64,000 nt of DNA from Caerostris darwini. Taxonomy: Eukaryota. The DNA lies in the NCBI GenBank assembly GCA_021605075.1, contig BPLQ01015363.1:963513-1027512 (forward strand). The letters are read 5' to 3'. The notes under the pieces were generated by a model that saw only the letters and a program-made list of their open reading frames with translations, made no database searches and was not told the DNA's origin. This document shows positions 41,892 through 53,830 of the stretch, piece by piece (positions within the stretch are counted from its first letter, which is position 1; each line of letters starts with the position of its first letter). Both the position numbers and the translations under genes were made by a program.

Positions 41892-42483
41892 GTATGTTTT
41901 TGTTGTAATTAATTTATTAAAAATTTCGTATTCATGTTTTGTTTTTAAATATTTACTAGCTATAGATAATATTTAAAAAATTTTATAATTGGTTAAACAC
42001 CATACTTCATTTTACATTACTGAATACTTGATGTATGCTACTTTTTGAATATATTATTTTTTTTATTAATTTTTTTTTTTTTTTTTTTAAATTAATATGC
42101 GTTCTTTCACTAATGGTCAGACTATATGAAGATATATTTGAAGATGTATAAATTTAAAATTCACATGTTATTTTAATTATCATAAATATTTAAATACTTA
42201 CTCTTCATATATTATACTCATTAATAATTTATGAGAAAACCATTTTTCCTTTTTATATATTTTGCATGTCCTCCTTTGTTGTTAACTTTTCTCATTGAAA
42301 AATAGTATTTAGTGGATGAAAAATTTTGTGAGAAAAATAATTTTTAATAATATAGAATTTGTTCATATGATTTGATCATCAGTCATTATAATTATTTAAA
42401 TAAGGTATTTAATAAAGCTAGCTTCACTTAGTCAATCTATGCTATTTGTGCTCAAGATAGCTAATGTTTACTTTTAGAATAAT

Positions 42484-42779
42484 GGGGCCTGATGGTTCAG
42501 TGGCTAACACTCTGGCGCTCGGTTCCACAGGTTTCGGGTTCGATTCCCGGTGGGGCCATGGATGTTTGTAGTGGTTCGGAGTCCAATTTAAACCGTAGGT
42601 CCCGGTCTAATAGTACCGTAGAGCGTTGTGGGGGGGTAGTGTTACTCACGTCTGTAGCATATCTTCAAGCTATACGTGCTCCTGGGTAGTGTTAAATGAG
42701 TAACAATGTTGCAGTCCTTGTTTATTGCATAAAGATTAACTGTCTCTGTATTGCCAGCTGCATTGGAACAACAACAACC
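42484..42779 (+). mobile_element. tRNA-derived SINE, copy A, lying in intron 21.
   Basis: The tRNA-like head carries A box TGGTTCAGTGG and B box GGTTCGATTCC. The conserved core reads CCATGGATGTTTGTAGTGGTTCGGAGTCC…GTAGGTCCCGGTC. It is flanked by an 11-bp direct repeat tttagaataat (42473–83 and 42780–90). Confidence 0.8.
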
Positions 42780-43014
42780 TTTAGAATAATAATATTGAAT
42801 CTAATAACTCGAATCTCTATCCACAACTTATAAGTGAAAAATGATAAAGTATAAATTCCTTCTTAGCATTAAACATATATATTTTTATACCCTTAAGTTT
42901 GTCTTGTTTTCCAACTGAAATTGCGTATCAAAACTTTTTTAACAAATTTGTACTTATTAGTCATGTGTTTATATTTAATTTTTTTGAGGTTAAATAAATG
43001 AGTTTGTTTTCTAG

Positions 43015-43116
43015 ATTCATGATGATTCAATTACTGGCATTTCAGTCGCTGGTTTATATATATTTACAAGCTCTTTAGACAAAACTTTGAAAGGATGGGA
43101 TACTACTCTAAACCAG
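43015..43116 (+). CDS. WD40 gene exon 22.
   Basis: The exon follows acceptor gtttgttttctag and ends at donor gtactt. The ORF reads IHDDSITGISVAGLYIFTSSLDKTLKGWDTTLNQ. Confidence 0.7.
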
Positions 43117-43588
43117 GTACTTGAAAACTTTGGTTTCTCATTACTTGTCTTTATTTGTGCATAGTTATGGTTTTTAAAAATTTATTTCATTTCAGTTATT
43201 TTTACATATATTTATTCGTCATTAAAATATGCTTAAAAATGAGGTCATAACTAATTTATATACATTTGTATTAAATTTTTAAAGTAATTTTCAGTTTAAA
43301 TTAATGTAATTTTTAACATTCTTCAGTAAGTGGTTTTATATATATTTACTCCTATTTTAAAATTGTTAAATTGTATGTAAATGCACGTAATAGTTAAAAG
43401 ATAAATCTCAGTTTCTCTCTTCAACCACCTTTTAAAATAATAGCCTGCCACACTTTTTTTTTCAAGAATATTTAAATTGCTAAAAACTGCTTTAAAATTA
43501 TTATTTAGAGTTTTTATTGGGTATAGTTAATAATTTGTAAAATAAAAAGGGATTACTATTTAAACTAAATGTTTTCATTTATTTATAG

Positions 43589-43735
43589 GTGTGCCAGTTT
43601 CATTCATCTGTACCTATTACTAGTCTTGTTGGATGTAAAGTAATAATTACTGAATCCTTTTCTACATATATTTTGCTAATTGGAACTTCTTCAGGAACTG
43701 TTCAATTATTGAAATTCCATGATAAAAGAGTTTAA
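43589..43735 (+). CDS. WD40 gene terminal coding exon (stop TAA at 43733–43735).
   Basis: The exon follows acceptor ttcatttatttatag. The ORF reads VCQFHSSVPITSLVGCKVIITESFSTYILLIGTSSGTVQLLKFHDKRV followed by the stop. Confidence 0.75.
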   Translation: MCQFHSSVPITSLVGCKVIITESFSTYILLIGTSSGTVQLLKFHDKRV

Positions 43736-44400
43736 AATTTTTGTTCTTCTAATGAAAGTGAATTCTGTTAAAAAAATTCATATTTTCTTAATTTTGCTTT
43801 GTATTAGTATTTTTGATTGTTTTTGTCTGATTTTAGTGTGATAATGCTACATTCCTATCTAATAAATATTTAAAATTATTTTGTTCTTTTTTTATTTAAT
43901 TAATTGTTATAAATGTGTAGATGAGGGAAAATGTACAAATAAATAGTTAAATAGGCATTGTTTGTGAAATTATTTGTATGTAACTCGAATATAATTTAAG
44001 AGGTAGGTTGGTCATTCAAGAAACTATTGTAGTTTCTATTTATTTTATTCTTAATTAATTAAGTCTTCATTAATTTTTGGTTAACAAAAATCTATTCATT
44101 TTATTAAGTAAATGAAAGTGAAATTATTTATTTTTTCATAAATCTAAAATAAACTACTTAATAGTCTAATGAGAAATCAAAAATGAAAATATTTGTAAAT
44201 TAAGTTGAAAATAAAATGCTAAGTTATGTTAATCTAAAAATATAATTACTACATTAATAACAAGTTATTTAGAAGACATTTTTTATGCTTAACTTGATGA
44301 CAGTAGAAATAAAATAAATCATTCTTGTAAATCTTAAAATATCATACTGAAACTGGTGATTTTCACTAGGTGTCAATTCAGTTTTCAAAACTATAGTTGT
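43736..44400 (+). other. 3' UTR and downstream flank of the WD40 gene.
   Basis: This region lies between the stop codon and the start of the repeat nest, and contains AATAAA at 43861. Confidence 0.4.
43861..43866 (+). promoter_or_regulatory. Probable polyadenylation signal (AATAAA) of the WD40 gene.
   Basis: An AATAAA hexamer lies 126 nt downstream of the stop codon. Confidence 0.45.
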
Positions 44401-44899
44401 AAACAAATGATTTAAAAAAGTATTTTTGATATATTTTCATAGTTGTATGCAGTAAGTATAGACAGAGTTATCCCTTGCACATTTAGGGGAAATGTAAAAA
44501 GTAAATTAAAAATTATTAAATTCAAAAATTAAAATCAACCATAGTTCAGCACCTCAAATATATCGAAAGATAATTAACCTCAGTTAATTAACTTTTTGCA
44601 AATGGGAAAATCCCTCCTAATGGGAATGAATGGATTTTCTCTGTAATAATTAAAGAGTTGATTGATGTCTTGAATAGACAGATTACAGGTAGGATTGTTC
44701 ACTTTGTGCATTAGTTATTAATTGACAAGAAATAGCATCTGTATCTCTGGGGTTGTCTGGGAACTGAAGAATGGCGCTTTGAAGTAGCTTCCATTGGTTC
44801 TTATTTTAAAACTGTTTCATGTGATATTGTTGAACTATTTATTGATTGTTAAGTTAACTATCCTATGACAAATTTACCAAGAATATTGAACTAGCAGTA

Positions 44900-46100
44900 A
44901 TTCTTTCTGCTATCATATCTGTAATTTATTTTCCAGGAATATCTATTAAAGAATGCTAATAAACATTTTTTGGCTAATTTGTCTAAAATGGATTTGTATT
45001 CCATGTTAAATGTAAAATGCAGAGATTTTTCCACGTTGCATTGGCCCTGAGAATCAAATTAAATGATTGATTAAAAAGGTCAGTTGTATGCATATAATGA
45101 TGGAAAGAGATCACAGTAAACATCTGCTAATTATGTTGTATTCCATTTTTATGAATATTAAATCAAGTTCTAAAGTATAAATTGTTTTTATACCAGGAAA
45201 TAAGACTTCTGTACATTTCTGTGACTTAGAAATAAGACTTTACATAACTAGGTGCTTTGAGATTTATACTCGTGCAAGCTGCTTTATCTCGATGTATCCA
45301 ATTACGCTTAAGAAGAATGTGTTTTAAAATATTCTTATTATATATATAGATGCTATTTTTGGGAGAAATCAAATTGAAGATTATTGTATCTGGCACGGGT
45401 TTTGCTAAAGAATCTGCTAGTTCATGTTTTGTTATGGCTTACGTGACATGGAGTTCAGACAAATTCTAAAGATAAAATTGAGTTCTAGTTTTTTCTTAGA
45501 TGATCTTCTAGAAGTTTGAAAATTACAGTTTTAGAGAAGAGAGAGACTATCTGATAAAATAATGTAGTTGTGCTTGGAATACAAATATAGTGATTGATTA
45601 AATCAGATCTAAACTAACTTTATTTTTCCATTCTTCTTCATGTTAAAAAATGTTCTTGGCTACATGATGTGGTAGTTGTTTATTCTGGAGGGGTAAATCG
45701 TCTAGGTGAAATGAAATTTTACAAATTGGATGCAGATTATAGGAAGGAGGAATATTTAAGTTTTTCAAAAGGTTAGCTAAAAAAGTCTGAAAGGAAATAG
45801 GATACTTCAGAGCAGAATAATCCTCAAATCTGAGTTATTTAAAAGACAGCGGAGGTTGGCTCGAAAGAAATTTGTTTTAGAAAAAGAGTTCAGATCTGGT
45901 CAGTTTCTTTGTATGACACTGGAATGGGAGTCTATTTGGAGACCTGTTGCGAACCGTAAATCAAGATTATACACTGTTGTGAGATGTTGGAGATCGCTGT
46001 GACGAGAGGAAATAAAAATAGGAGAACCATATTCCAGAATGCTACAAATAATGGAGTTACTATTCTGACGAGAGGGCAAGAACGTCAACCCCAAAATTTA
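44900..46100 (-). mobile_element. Degraded 3' half of a non-LTR (LINE) retrotransposon ORF2.
   Basis: The minus-strand ORF 45900–46094 reads …ICSILEYGSPIFISS…LQHLTTVYNLDLRFATG…, resembling the post-RT motif (…YG.PVW…L..VQN.A.R). Minus-strand translation of 45392–45427 gives HELADSLAKPVP, resembling the RNase H NE.AD.LAK motif. Confidence 0.5.
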
Positions 46101-46308
46101 GAAACTGTTGCTTTAATGGCATGTAGTTTAATAACTTTTTTTTTAATGTAAGAAACCTGTTGCTTGAAGTTGAGATTATGCGATAAAATAAGAACAAGAT
46201 GTTGTTTCTTGGAATATTAATGTTGTACATTTGCTGTGGTCTGTTTTGATCTTGAGTTCAAACATGCCTAATAACACATCTTTTGTTTGCAAAAATTAAT
46301 TTCTTCGC

Positions 46309-46309
46309 T

Positions 46310-46348
<39 letters not shown>

Positions 46349-46358
46349 CCTTTTTCTG
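46309..46358. repeat. Poly(T) tract of about 48 nt.
   Basis: The tract is directly visible. It lies between the two RT fragments on the minus strand, where it reads as poly(A). Confidence 0.9.
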
Positions 46359-46386
46359 CTTTAAGAGTGAAATTGCAAGTGTTACA

Positions 46387-46599
46387 TCATTGTGAGATCT
46401 TATGAAGTGATATTTGGAGATTTGATCCAGATATTATTAAAAACTCGTAGTTGTTAAAGATAGTAGTTGGGAGTATTTTGATAAGTTTGGCTGGAATACC
46501 GTCATTTCCAGGTGAGGTATTGGGAGTAAATTTAATTGCATCAGTGAGTTCAACGAAAAAAAAAGGATTATTATAATTGTGAGAGGAATCTTCAGACAA
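46387..46599 (-). mobile_element. Non-LTR retrotransposon RT N-terminal fragment (RT domain 0/1).
   Basis: The ORF reads …FTPNTSPGNDGIPAKLIKILPTTIF…, resembling the LINE RT motif SPGPDGIP..(F/L).K. Confidence 0.6.
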
Positions 46600-47221
46600 G
46601 TTTAAAGGAATAAAATGTGTGATAGAGGAGGGGGGGTATTATTCATCAAGAATTTCTTCTTCGCGGTTCCACTGTGATTGGAGAATTCTTCAAAGATGTT
46701 TTGAAACGAATGCAGCATTATTTGCTGGACAGTGGAAATTACTGTCGCTTGAAAGCTTTACAAGTCCATCTTGTATAGCAGTTTTTGGCGAGAAGGCAGG
46801 ATGTATATTTTATTTACTTTCCCTCTGCTTCCCACTCCTAGAATATTTTTTTATTTCCCAATTTGAAATTGAAGATGAAGGGGTGGCAGTATGAATCGAT
46901 AGAGGAGATTGAAGAGTCGCTGACGTCGAGACTCAATAGCGTTGGAGGCGTTTACGGACCTGCACATTCGTTTCAAGCATTGTATTGAATTGGAAGGAGA
47001 CTATGTAAAAGCTTAATATCAAATTTAAGTATATCATCTGTGTTATGTGTTCTGTATGTGATCAGTCCAAAACCTTTTTGAATACACAGTTATTTTCTAC
47101 ATTGCATGTTTTTTGCATAGTTTTTGCTATGCTCATAATCATTTAAAGAACATGGAAAATTTGATTTCAATGCGACTCATTTTATTGTAATTATTCTTCA
47201 CTTGAAATTGGTTTGAATTTT

Positions 47222-47760
47222 GATGGGAATATACATATAATTCTTCACTGTTTGTCACTGAACTCCTAAACGGCTGGACCGATTTTGATAAAAAAATTTG
47301 TTTGAATGGGTTTGAATCGATTTTGATAAAAAATGTTTCAGTGAGTTCCTGGATGTTTTAGATTAACAATTGGTCCTGGTAGGTGGCGCTGCAATCGCGA
47401 TAATACTTCTGTACGTGTGTTTATTACTGAACTCCTTCTAAACGGCTGGGCCGATTTTGATGAAATTTTTTGTGTATATTTGACAAAACATGGAGAATGT
47501 TTTTATGCTATCCCCATTGTTGTAAGTCACCATTAGATGGTGCTGCAATATATAAATTTCTATACCGTTCAACCAATCGCTATGAAAATTGGTAATAAGA
47601 TGTATTCGAGTATGGAAAATATGTTCGCCCTATCCACTTTATTGTTATTTGCCACCAAATGGTACTGCAGCATTTCATCTTATATGCCATGAAAACTAGT
47701 ATGCACGTATATCGGAACATGAAGAGTTATATTGTCTGTGAGTATTTATGGTATTCCTGA
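47222..47760. repeat. Tandemly duplicated units within the LINE debris.
   Basis: The unit actgaactcct(tc)taaacggctgg(a/g)ccgattttgat occurs twice (47260, 47430). A ~110-bp unit (…ctatcc.c.ttgttgt.a.t..ccacca.a.atggt.ctgca…) occurs about 2.5 times at 47380–47720. Confidence 0.6.
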
Positions 47761-47989
47761 AAAATAGAGGCCTGAGCCTGACTTTCTTTAACAAGTTGTA
47801 GAGTTTCCAAGACTTATTGCTAAATAATTTTGTAATTTCTTTGTAATATAATTGAAAGTAGTGCCAGTTTTTAATTTAGATGAAAAAGTGTCTCTTTTTC
47901 GGGGAGCGATATAGTCTCTGAGCTTCAACAAAAGAAGCAAAAAGCTTCAAGAAAATCCATTGAGAATTTTAAATTTTAGAAAATTTTCT

Positions 47990-48606
47990 TCTGCTTTACG
48001 TTTAGGACAATTAATGTCTGTGGCATTTTGATTTGCACTACAGTATTTGGGGATTTTGGCCGAGCACGATTCTATGGAATGTTGACAATACAGTATTCAC
48101 AGGCAATTGAATTTTAACAATTTGCTGTTGGACGAGTATATGAATGACATTTTTTACACTGACGAGGTTTATCATAAAACAGAGCAATTTTTTGTTGTGT
48201 TAACCATAATAGGACATCATCTGGCAAAATCATACCTAAAGTAGTAACTAAAACTGGAGTGGAAATGGTAGGCGTTGTCCGTTTTCCTGCAAATCTGCGA
48301 AGTTCTGTGACGGAGAAGTTTTCTTCTTCTAATTCCGTTACAAGTTCAGCGAGTGATATATCTGTAGATATACTATGCAGTAAAATCTGATAGAGATTTT
48401 TTCAGGGTAAAGGGAGGCCTTGATTGGAAACCCAGGATGGCTTTCATGATTCTTAGTTCTCTTGCGGTTTCAAAATGGACAGTTGATAAAAGTAGTTTTC
48501 CATGTCTAGTAATACACATATAATCAATATGTTTTAAGGTGGGGATTTTTGAAGCTATGTTGAGAACTCTGGGATGGGCTTTCGGTATTGCGCCGTTTGG
48601 AACTTC
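47990..48606 (-). mobile_element. gag/ORF1-like repeat unit, copy a, from a non-LTR retrotransposon. This is the best preserved copy.
   Basis: Minus-strand translation gives EVPNGAIPKAHPRVLNIASKIPTLKHIDYMCITRHGKLLLSTVHFETARELRIMKAILGFQ… followed by …ISTDISLAELVTELEEENFSVTELRRFAGK…PVLVTTLGMILPDDVLLWLTQQKIALFYDKPRQCKKCHSYTRPTANC and …NCPKRKA. It is homologous to copies b and c. Confidence 0.6.
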
Positions 48607-50135
48607 ACAATGATGAATGAACGAGCTCAGTGTTGATATGCTAATTATAAATTAAGAAAAAAGTCACGAGAAAGCATAATAAATAAAGTCTGAGTATATT
48701 TATAAGTAAGGTCTGAGATCTGGCGTCTGAACTGTAATCCATTAAATTAGTATTAGCGGTGATGTCCGCCATGCCAATCTCGAAACCAGTCCACATTAAG
48801 TGTAGGAACTTCTTTAATTTACATGAATTGAGAAATAAGTTAACAAAAAAATATAATTGAATAGGAAATACAGGTGACTTACCTGAAAAGACAAAATAAA
48901 TGAAAAAGGATCAAATACACTATTTTACCAGGATACCTTGACCCAAAAACTAAAAGACAAACCGAGAAAAAACTAAATCAAACTACTCAAAACTCACTAA
49001 TCAGTTTTCTCTCACACACAATATATGCTGTATTCATGTGTTGATTATGAATGCTGTATGTTATTCGCCATTTTAGGACTTTTCATTTCGTTTCTTAAAA
49101 TTGATTAAAAAAAATATGAGAACTTCTGAGAGGGAAGTCATTCGATTTTTCAGATAAAAGGTTTGCTGTCAATGTCAAATATTTGTCTGAACTATCATGA
49201 ATTGGAAATATATTTTGGTAAAAGTGTGATTTGAAAATACAACGTAAAAGTCTGCAAAAAATCTGTTGATATTCATACCAGCAATTGATTTTGAGCATCG
49301 AATTCATTCGAAATTTTATTGTTGGTTCAAGAGCATACATCAGAAGAATGGTGTAATAACTTGAGATGGCTCTTACAAAACAGTAACGAATAGAAAAATT
49401 GCACGAGAAAAGTTTGGTTGAAAATTAAACCAGGCAACCGATTACGAGAATTGGAGGATTTAGAGGGAATTGTAGAAGTTATTGAAAGCCTTCATTCAAG
49501 TAAAAAAATAACGCGGCTAGAATACTAGCTGAACAGTAGATTTTTATAGACTGTGAAACGAAGCTAAACAAATTTTTTAAATTAAAGTTAGGAATCGTAC
49601 TCCAAGCCCATTAATATCTCCAACAATGCTGCCTAAGGAACGACTATATTTTTAGAATATTGGAAAGATTACAGGTGATGAATCCGAAAGTGCTGGCAAA
49701 GCTCCCTTTTACAGTTAACCATCTCTACTATTTTGTAAATCCAGAGAGCACTGCATATACATAAGGTATCAAGAGACTACGGGGATCATCCAAATAGTGG
49801 ATCAATAAGTACTGCAGCAAGATTCTGCATCATTACTATACGTATCTTGCGGAATTCATGTGGAGAAATAAGGTTGGTCACATCTACTTTGATGTCATTT
49901 GAAACCAAACTGTTGCCCACCGGAAGTTCATAAAAAGTAGTACAAATAGTACAAATATTTTGACTGCATTCTTCACGATATATATTATTCACACTTATGA
50001 CAAAAACCGCATTACATTCTGATATCAATGATTGCGGTCCGGTTGACGATTTTCATTTCAAAGCTATTCGCGATATTCAAACTAATCTACAGATAGCATT
50101 TCAACATGGCTCACGATCTTTTACTTTTGTTCTCG

Positions 50136-50760
50136 AGGTTCCCAACGGCACAATTCCCAAAGCACATCCAAAAGTGCTAAAAGACAAAATTTCTTCCAAA
50201 GTAACTACTTTAAGATACATCGATTATATGCACGTCATCAGACAAGTTAAATTACTCATATCCACAGACCATTTTGACACTGCCCATGAATTGGAAAATA
50301 TGAAGGCTCTTATAGGTATCCCAATATCAATATCCCTTAACTCGATTTCTTCTTCACAACATCTCTACTGATATACTCCTAACAGGCCTTACCAAAGAAT
50401 TGGAAGAAGAAAATAATTTTTTAGTATCAGAACTAAGACTATTTTCCTGAAAACGAAATAAGTCTTTCTTATTCACACCTGTCTTAGTAACTATTTTGGG
50501 AAAAATTTTACCAGCATACATCAGATTATGACTCACACAACAGAAAATATCCTTATTTTTCTATAAACTCTGTCAATGCTTAGATAATGTTACTCTTTCA
50601 CGCATCACACAGCTAATTGTAAAAACTCCGGTTACATAAGAAATTTGCAGCGCTCAACATTCCACAGATTCATGCTCAGTCCTATTTACCAAATGCACTA
50701 ATTGTGGTGAGGAACATAGGCACAGACAACAACTGCATTAAACGCAAAGAAGAAGAAATA
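50136..50760 (+). mobile_element. gag/ORF1-like repeat unit, copy b. It is degraded and embedded in LINE-like sequence spanning about 49990–51200.
   Basis: ORF 49997–50371 reads …FVLEVPNGTIPKAHPKVLKDKISSKVTTLRYIDYMHVIRQ…. A degenerate knuckle KCTNCGEEH lies downstream. Confidence 0.55.
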
Positions 50761-51227
50761 CTTCTAAATTCAAAACACTCAACCGCCTTTCTTTTAGAGA
50801 CAGCTGCATACTTTATCATATTCAAAAGAACTGCAAACTGATACTTCTTTATCTACCTATTATGTTACAGAATACGAAATAACTCAATTGTTTAAACAGA
50901 ACGCCTTTGAAACCCAACAAATGATTAGAAAAATCTATCAAACACAAGCTTCAGTTTTCCACGCTTCCATTAAAACTTCTGCATGAAAAGCTTTTGCATC
51001 TGCCTTTCCCTCCTCTACCAAGCAATAACGAATCTATTAATATTAATATTAAGCAATAATGAAACTATCTACTCCCACCAAGTACAACTCCAATAACTGG
51101 ATTGAAAGATAAAAGAAAAAATATTAAAAACAAAAATTGACTACTAGGACACAATCGTATCAAACTTTACAGTTCCTGGTATTCAATTTTTAATCCTCTT
51201 TTCTTATCATAAATGATTTAATAACTT

Positions 51228-51300
51228 ATTAAATCGTTTAAGATAAGATAATTTAATAAAACAATGGATAATTTAATAAAACAATAGATAATTTAATAAG
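51228..51300. repeat. Short tandem repeat (gataatttaataaaacaat)n, about 3 copies.
   Basis: The repeat is directly visible in the sequence. Confidence 0.7.
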
Positions 51301-52255
51301 ATTATTTAATAAAAAATGAATTTATTGTTAGAACTAAAAATGAGATAGGTTAATAGCTGGATAAAAATGAGATAAGTTAAAAATAGCTGGATTTCTCAGA
51401 AATTAAAAAAAAAAAAACTCTTTTTAATAAGAACATGAAACATAAAGAAACTAAACAAATCATAGCTTTTATGTGCTTATGGGGATTTGTTAAATTTTTT
51501 AAAACAAATTGCAGTTTATTTTTATGAGGCTTTGAGTAATGCTTTTACGGATAATAGATATTGGGGTCGTTTATTTTGTTTACTTTTTATTACCGAAAAC
51601 AGTCGCAAACACTTTTTATTACAGTCTGCAGCCGTAAAATATAAAAAAGGAAGCGTTTTAGGTTTTCCTGTTCTTTTCTACTTTTCTAGTACTTTTTTTA
51701 GTTGCATTCATAAAACATTCAAGATGAAAAAATAGTTTTGCAACTTATTATATATACATTTGTTAATATTTTGTTTTGAAGATAATTAATATATTCTCAA
51801 ATGTTATTAAAGAAAAATTGAGAGTTTATTAATATATTAATATTTGGTATTCATTTTGCATATATTTTCTTGATTTGTTTTATAATAAGGGTATTTACAA
51901 TAATATAAAAAATTATTAATATGTATTTGGGATTCTTTATATATATAAACGTATAAATATGTAATATATTTCGTGTATTCGCCAAGGCGACTTGCTGTTA
52001 TTGGTAACCATAGGAAAATACCATGCGCACTAATACATTTACATCGCGTAGTGAGTGATACATGACTTTCTCATTCGAGAATTGATATTGTTATTTATTT
52101 TGTTTAAAGATTTTTTTTATCCCTTTTGTCTTTTACTTAGTTTGTCTTTTCAATTTTCTTTTCTCAAAGTGGAAGAGCGTTTTCATTTTTATTTAAGTTT
52201 TCATTTAATCACAGGCCACTACATATAAATATAATTTAATAATTAATTTTAAAAG

Positions 52256-52288
<33 letters not shown>

Positions 52289-52500
52289 GTATAGGTCTGC
52301 CTTGTTAATTTAACGCTTATTATGTTTTTTTTATTATTTAAATAAATAAATATAAAATACAAAATTTTAAAATAAGTATTAAAATGGCTATAAAACTGGA
52401 TAAAAATGGCTGTAAACCGGATATGACGTCGTACATTTTCTCTCGCATTTTTCTCGAAAACTATGGGTCGTAGAGGTAACAGTGCAATAACCGCATAGTT

Positions 52501-53528
52501 ATGGTACAAAGGAAGCATTTGGATGATTTTTTACGTGATAGAATTATCGGACGACTGGAATGGGGACGTACCCAGCTGGAAGTATCCGAGGAATTCGGAA
52601 TCGTCCAGAGTGTCATCTCCAGGCTTTGGCAACGATTCCAAGATGATGGTAATGTGAGTAGATGTTACAGCACAGGTCGCCCCCGAGTTACAACGCCGAA
52701 TGAGGACCGGTATTTAGCAGTTACTGCCAAAAGAAACAGACGGAGCACAGCATCAGACCTGTCTCGTCAGCTCTCTTCAGCTACCGGTACGACAGTTTCA
52801 AGGCAGACCGTGTACAGACGCTTAGGGCACATTGGTCTATATGCTCGTAGGCCTGTCAGATGTGTTCCACTTACCGCAACTCACTGTCGCCTGCAATTAA
52901 CCTGGAGTAGAGAGCATGCATTGTGGACACCGCAACAGTGGTCTTGTGTGATGTTTTCCGACTAGTCCAGGTTTAGTTTGCAGTCTGATTCTCGCCGGAC
53001 TTTCATATGGAGAGCGCCAGGTACCCGTTACCACCAAGAGAACACCATTGAACGACACGGTTACGGTGGTGCAGGATGGCTTGTTTGGGGAGGAATTATT
53101 CTTGGTTCCAGAACTGACCTGCATGTTCAGAGTGTAACGATGATAGGCCACATCTATCGGGATGTCATTCTGGAACAACATGTACGTTAGTTTCGGGCTC
53201 CATGGGTGCTGAATTTCTGTTTATGGATGACAACGCCCGTCCTCACCGTGCAAACATTGCAGACGAAAGCCTTCAATTGGAGGATATCACCCGTATGGAT
53301 TGGCTAGCATACTCACCGGACTTGAATCCAATAGAGCATGTGTGGGATATGCTTGGCCGACGAATTGCAGCCCGTCAACCCCCTCCCACCTGTCAACCGG
53401 AACTTCGGAGGGCATGGCTTGATGAGTGGTGTAATATTCCCCAAGATCAGATTGATAATTTGATACTCAGCATGCCTAGGCGTTGTAAGGCCTGTAGTGC
53501 ATCGTCCGGGAGACATACTCCATATTAA
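52501..53528 (+). pseudogene. Tc1 family B transposase, inactivated.
   Basis: An in-frame TAG follows VMFSD (ccgacTagtcc in this copy versus ccgacGagtcc in copy B). There is a frameshift before …MGAEFLFMDDNARPHRAN…SPDLNPIEHVW. The D-to-E spacing is 34 residues by my count. Confidence 0.8.
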
Positions 53529-53549
53529 CCATCATACTAACCATGTTAT

Positions 53550-53830
53550 TATATATTGGGCCTGATGGCTGAATGGCTAGCGCTCTGGCGTTCGGTACCA
53601 TAGGTACCGGGTTCAAATCCCGGCTTTGCCATGGGTGTTTGTAGTGGTTCGGAATCCGCTTTAAGCCGTAGGTCCCGGTCCTGTTAGGATCGTAGAGCGC
53701 TGCGGGGGCATTGTTACTTCGCGTCCGTGGCTTACCATCAAGTTACACGCGCTCCCTGTTTAACATCGTAACATCGGTGCAGCCCTTATGGCGAAGATCA
53801 CGGTCTATTTGCCTGCTGCATTAGAAGGAA
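53550..53830 (+). mobile_element. tRNA-derived SINE, copy B, inserted into the 3' UTR of Tc1 copy C.
   Basis: It belongs to the same family as 42484–42779. It is flanked by a perfect 14-bp target-site duplication, actaaccatgttat, at 53536–49 and 53831–44. The orthologous position in Tc1 copy B (34740–34800) is uninterrupted. Confidence 0.85.

Larger units (their letters stand above)
74..43735 (+). other. Gene span of a multi-exon WD40-repeat protein gene with 24 exons in the window. The 5' end may lie upstream of the window. The N-terminal ~230 aa are non-WD and are followed by many WD40 repeats.
   Basis: All 24 exon ORF segments join with canonical AG acceptors and GT donors, and every exon-to-exon phase is consistent. 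WD40 signatures recur across exons (GH...WD, LW/IW dipeptides such as SGWDNSVRLWS, GSDDCTLK, DGTVNLWK). The model ends in a stop codon followed by AATAAA. Confidence 0.7.

Noticed and set aside
42484-42560. tRNA gene calls at the SINE heads (also at 53558, 60140, and the reverse complements at 57013 and 55858).
   Set aside because: The A and B boxes are present, but the 5' and 3' ends (GGGGCCT… and …GTGGGGCC) are not complementary, so there is no acceptor stem. Each head continues directly into the conserved SINE core, so these are tRNA-derived SINE heads and not tRNA genes.
45392-45427. RNase H assignment considered as a firm domain call.
   Set aside because: Only a 12-residue motif (HELADSLAKPVP) is visible, with a stop codon immediately upstream. 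It is kept as supporting evidence for clade inference and not annotated as a domain.
46619-46894. ORF + (MIEEGGYYSSRISSSRFHCDWRIL…).
   Set aside because: It is antisense to degraded LINE ORF2 sequence on the minus strand and has no motif.
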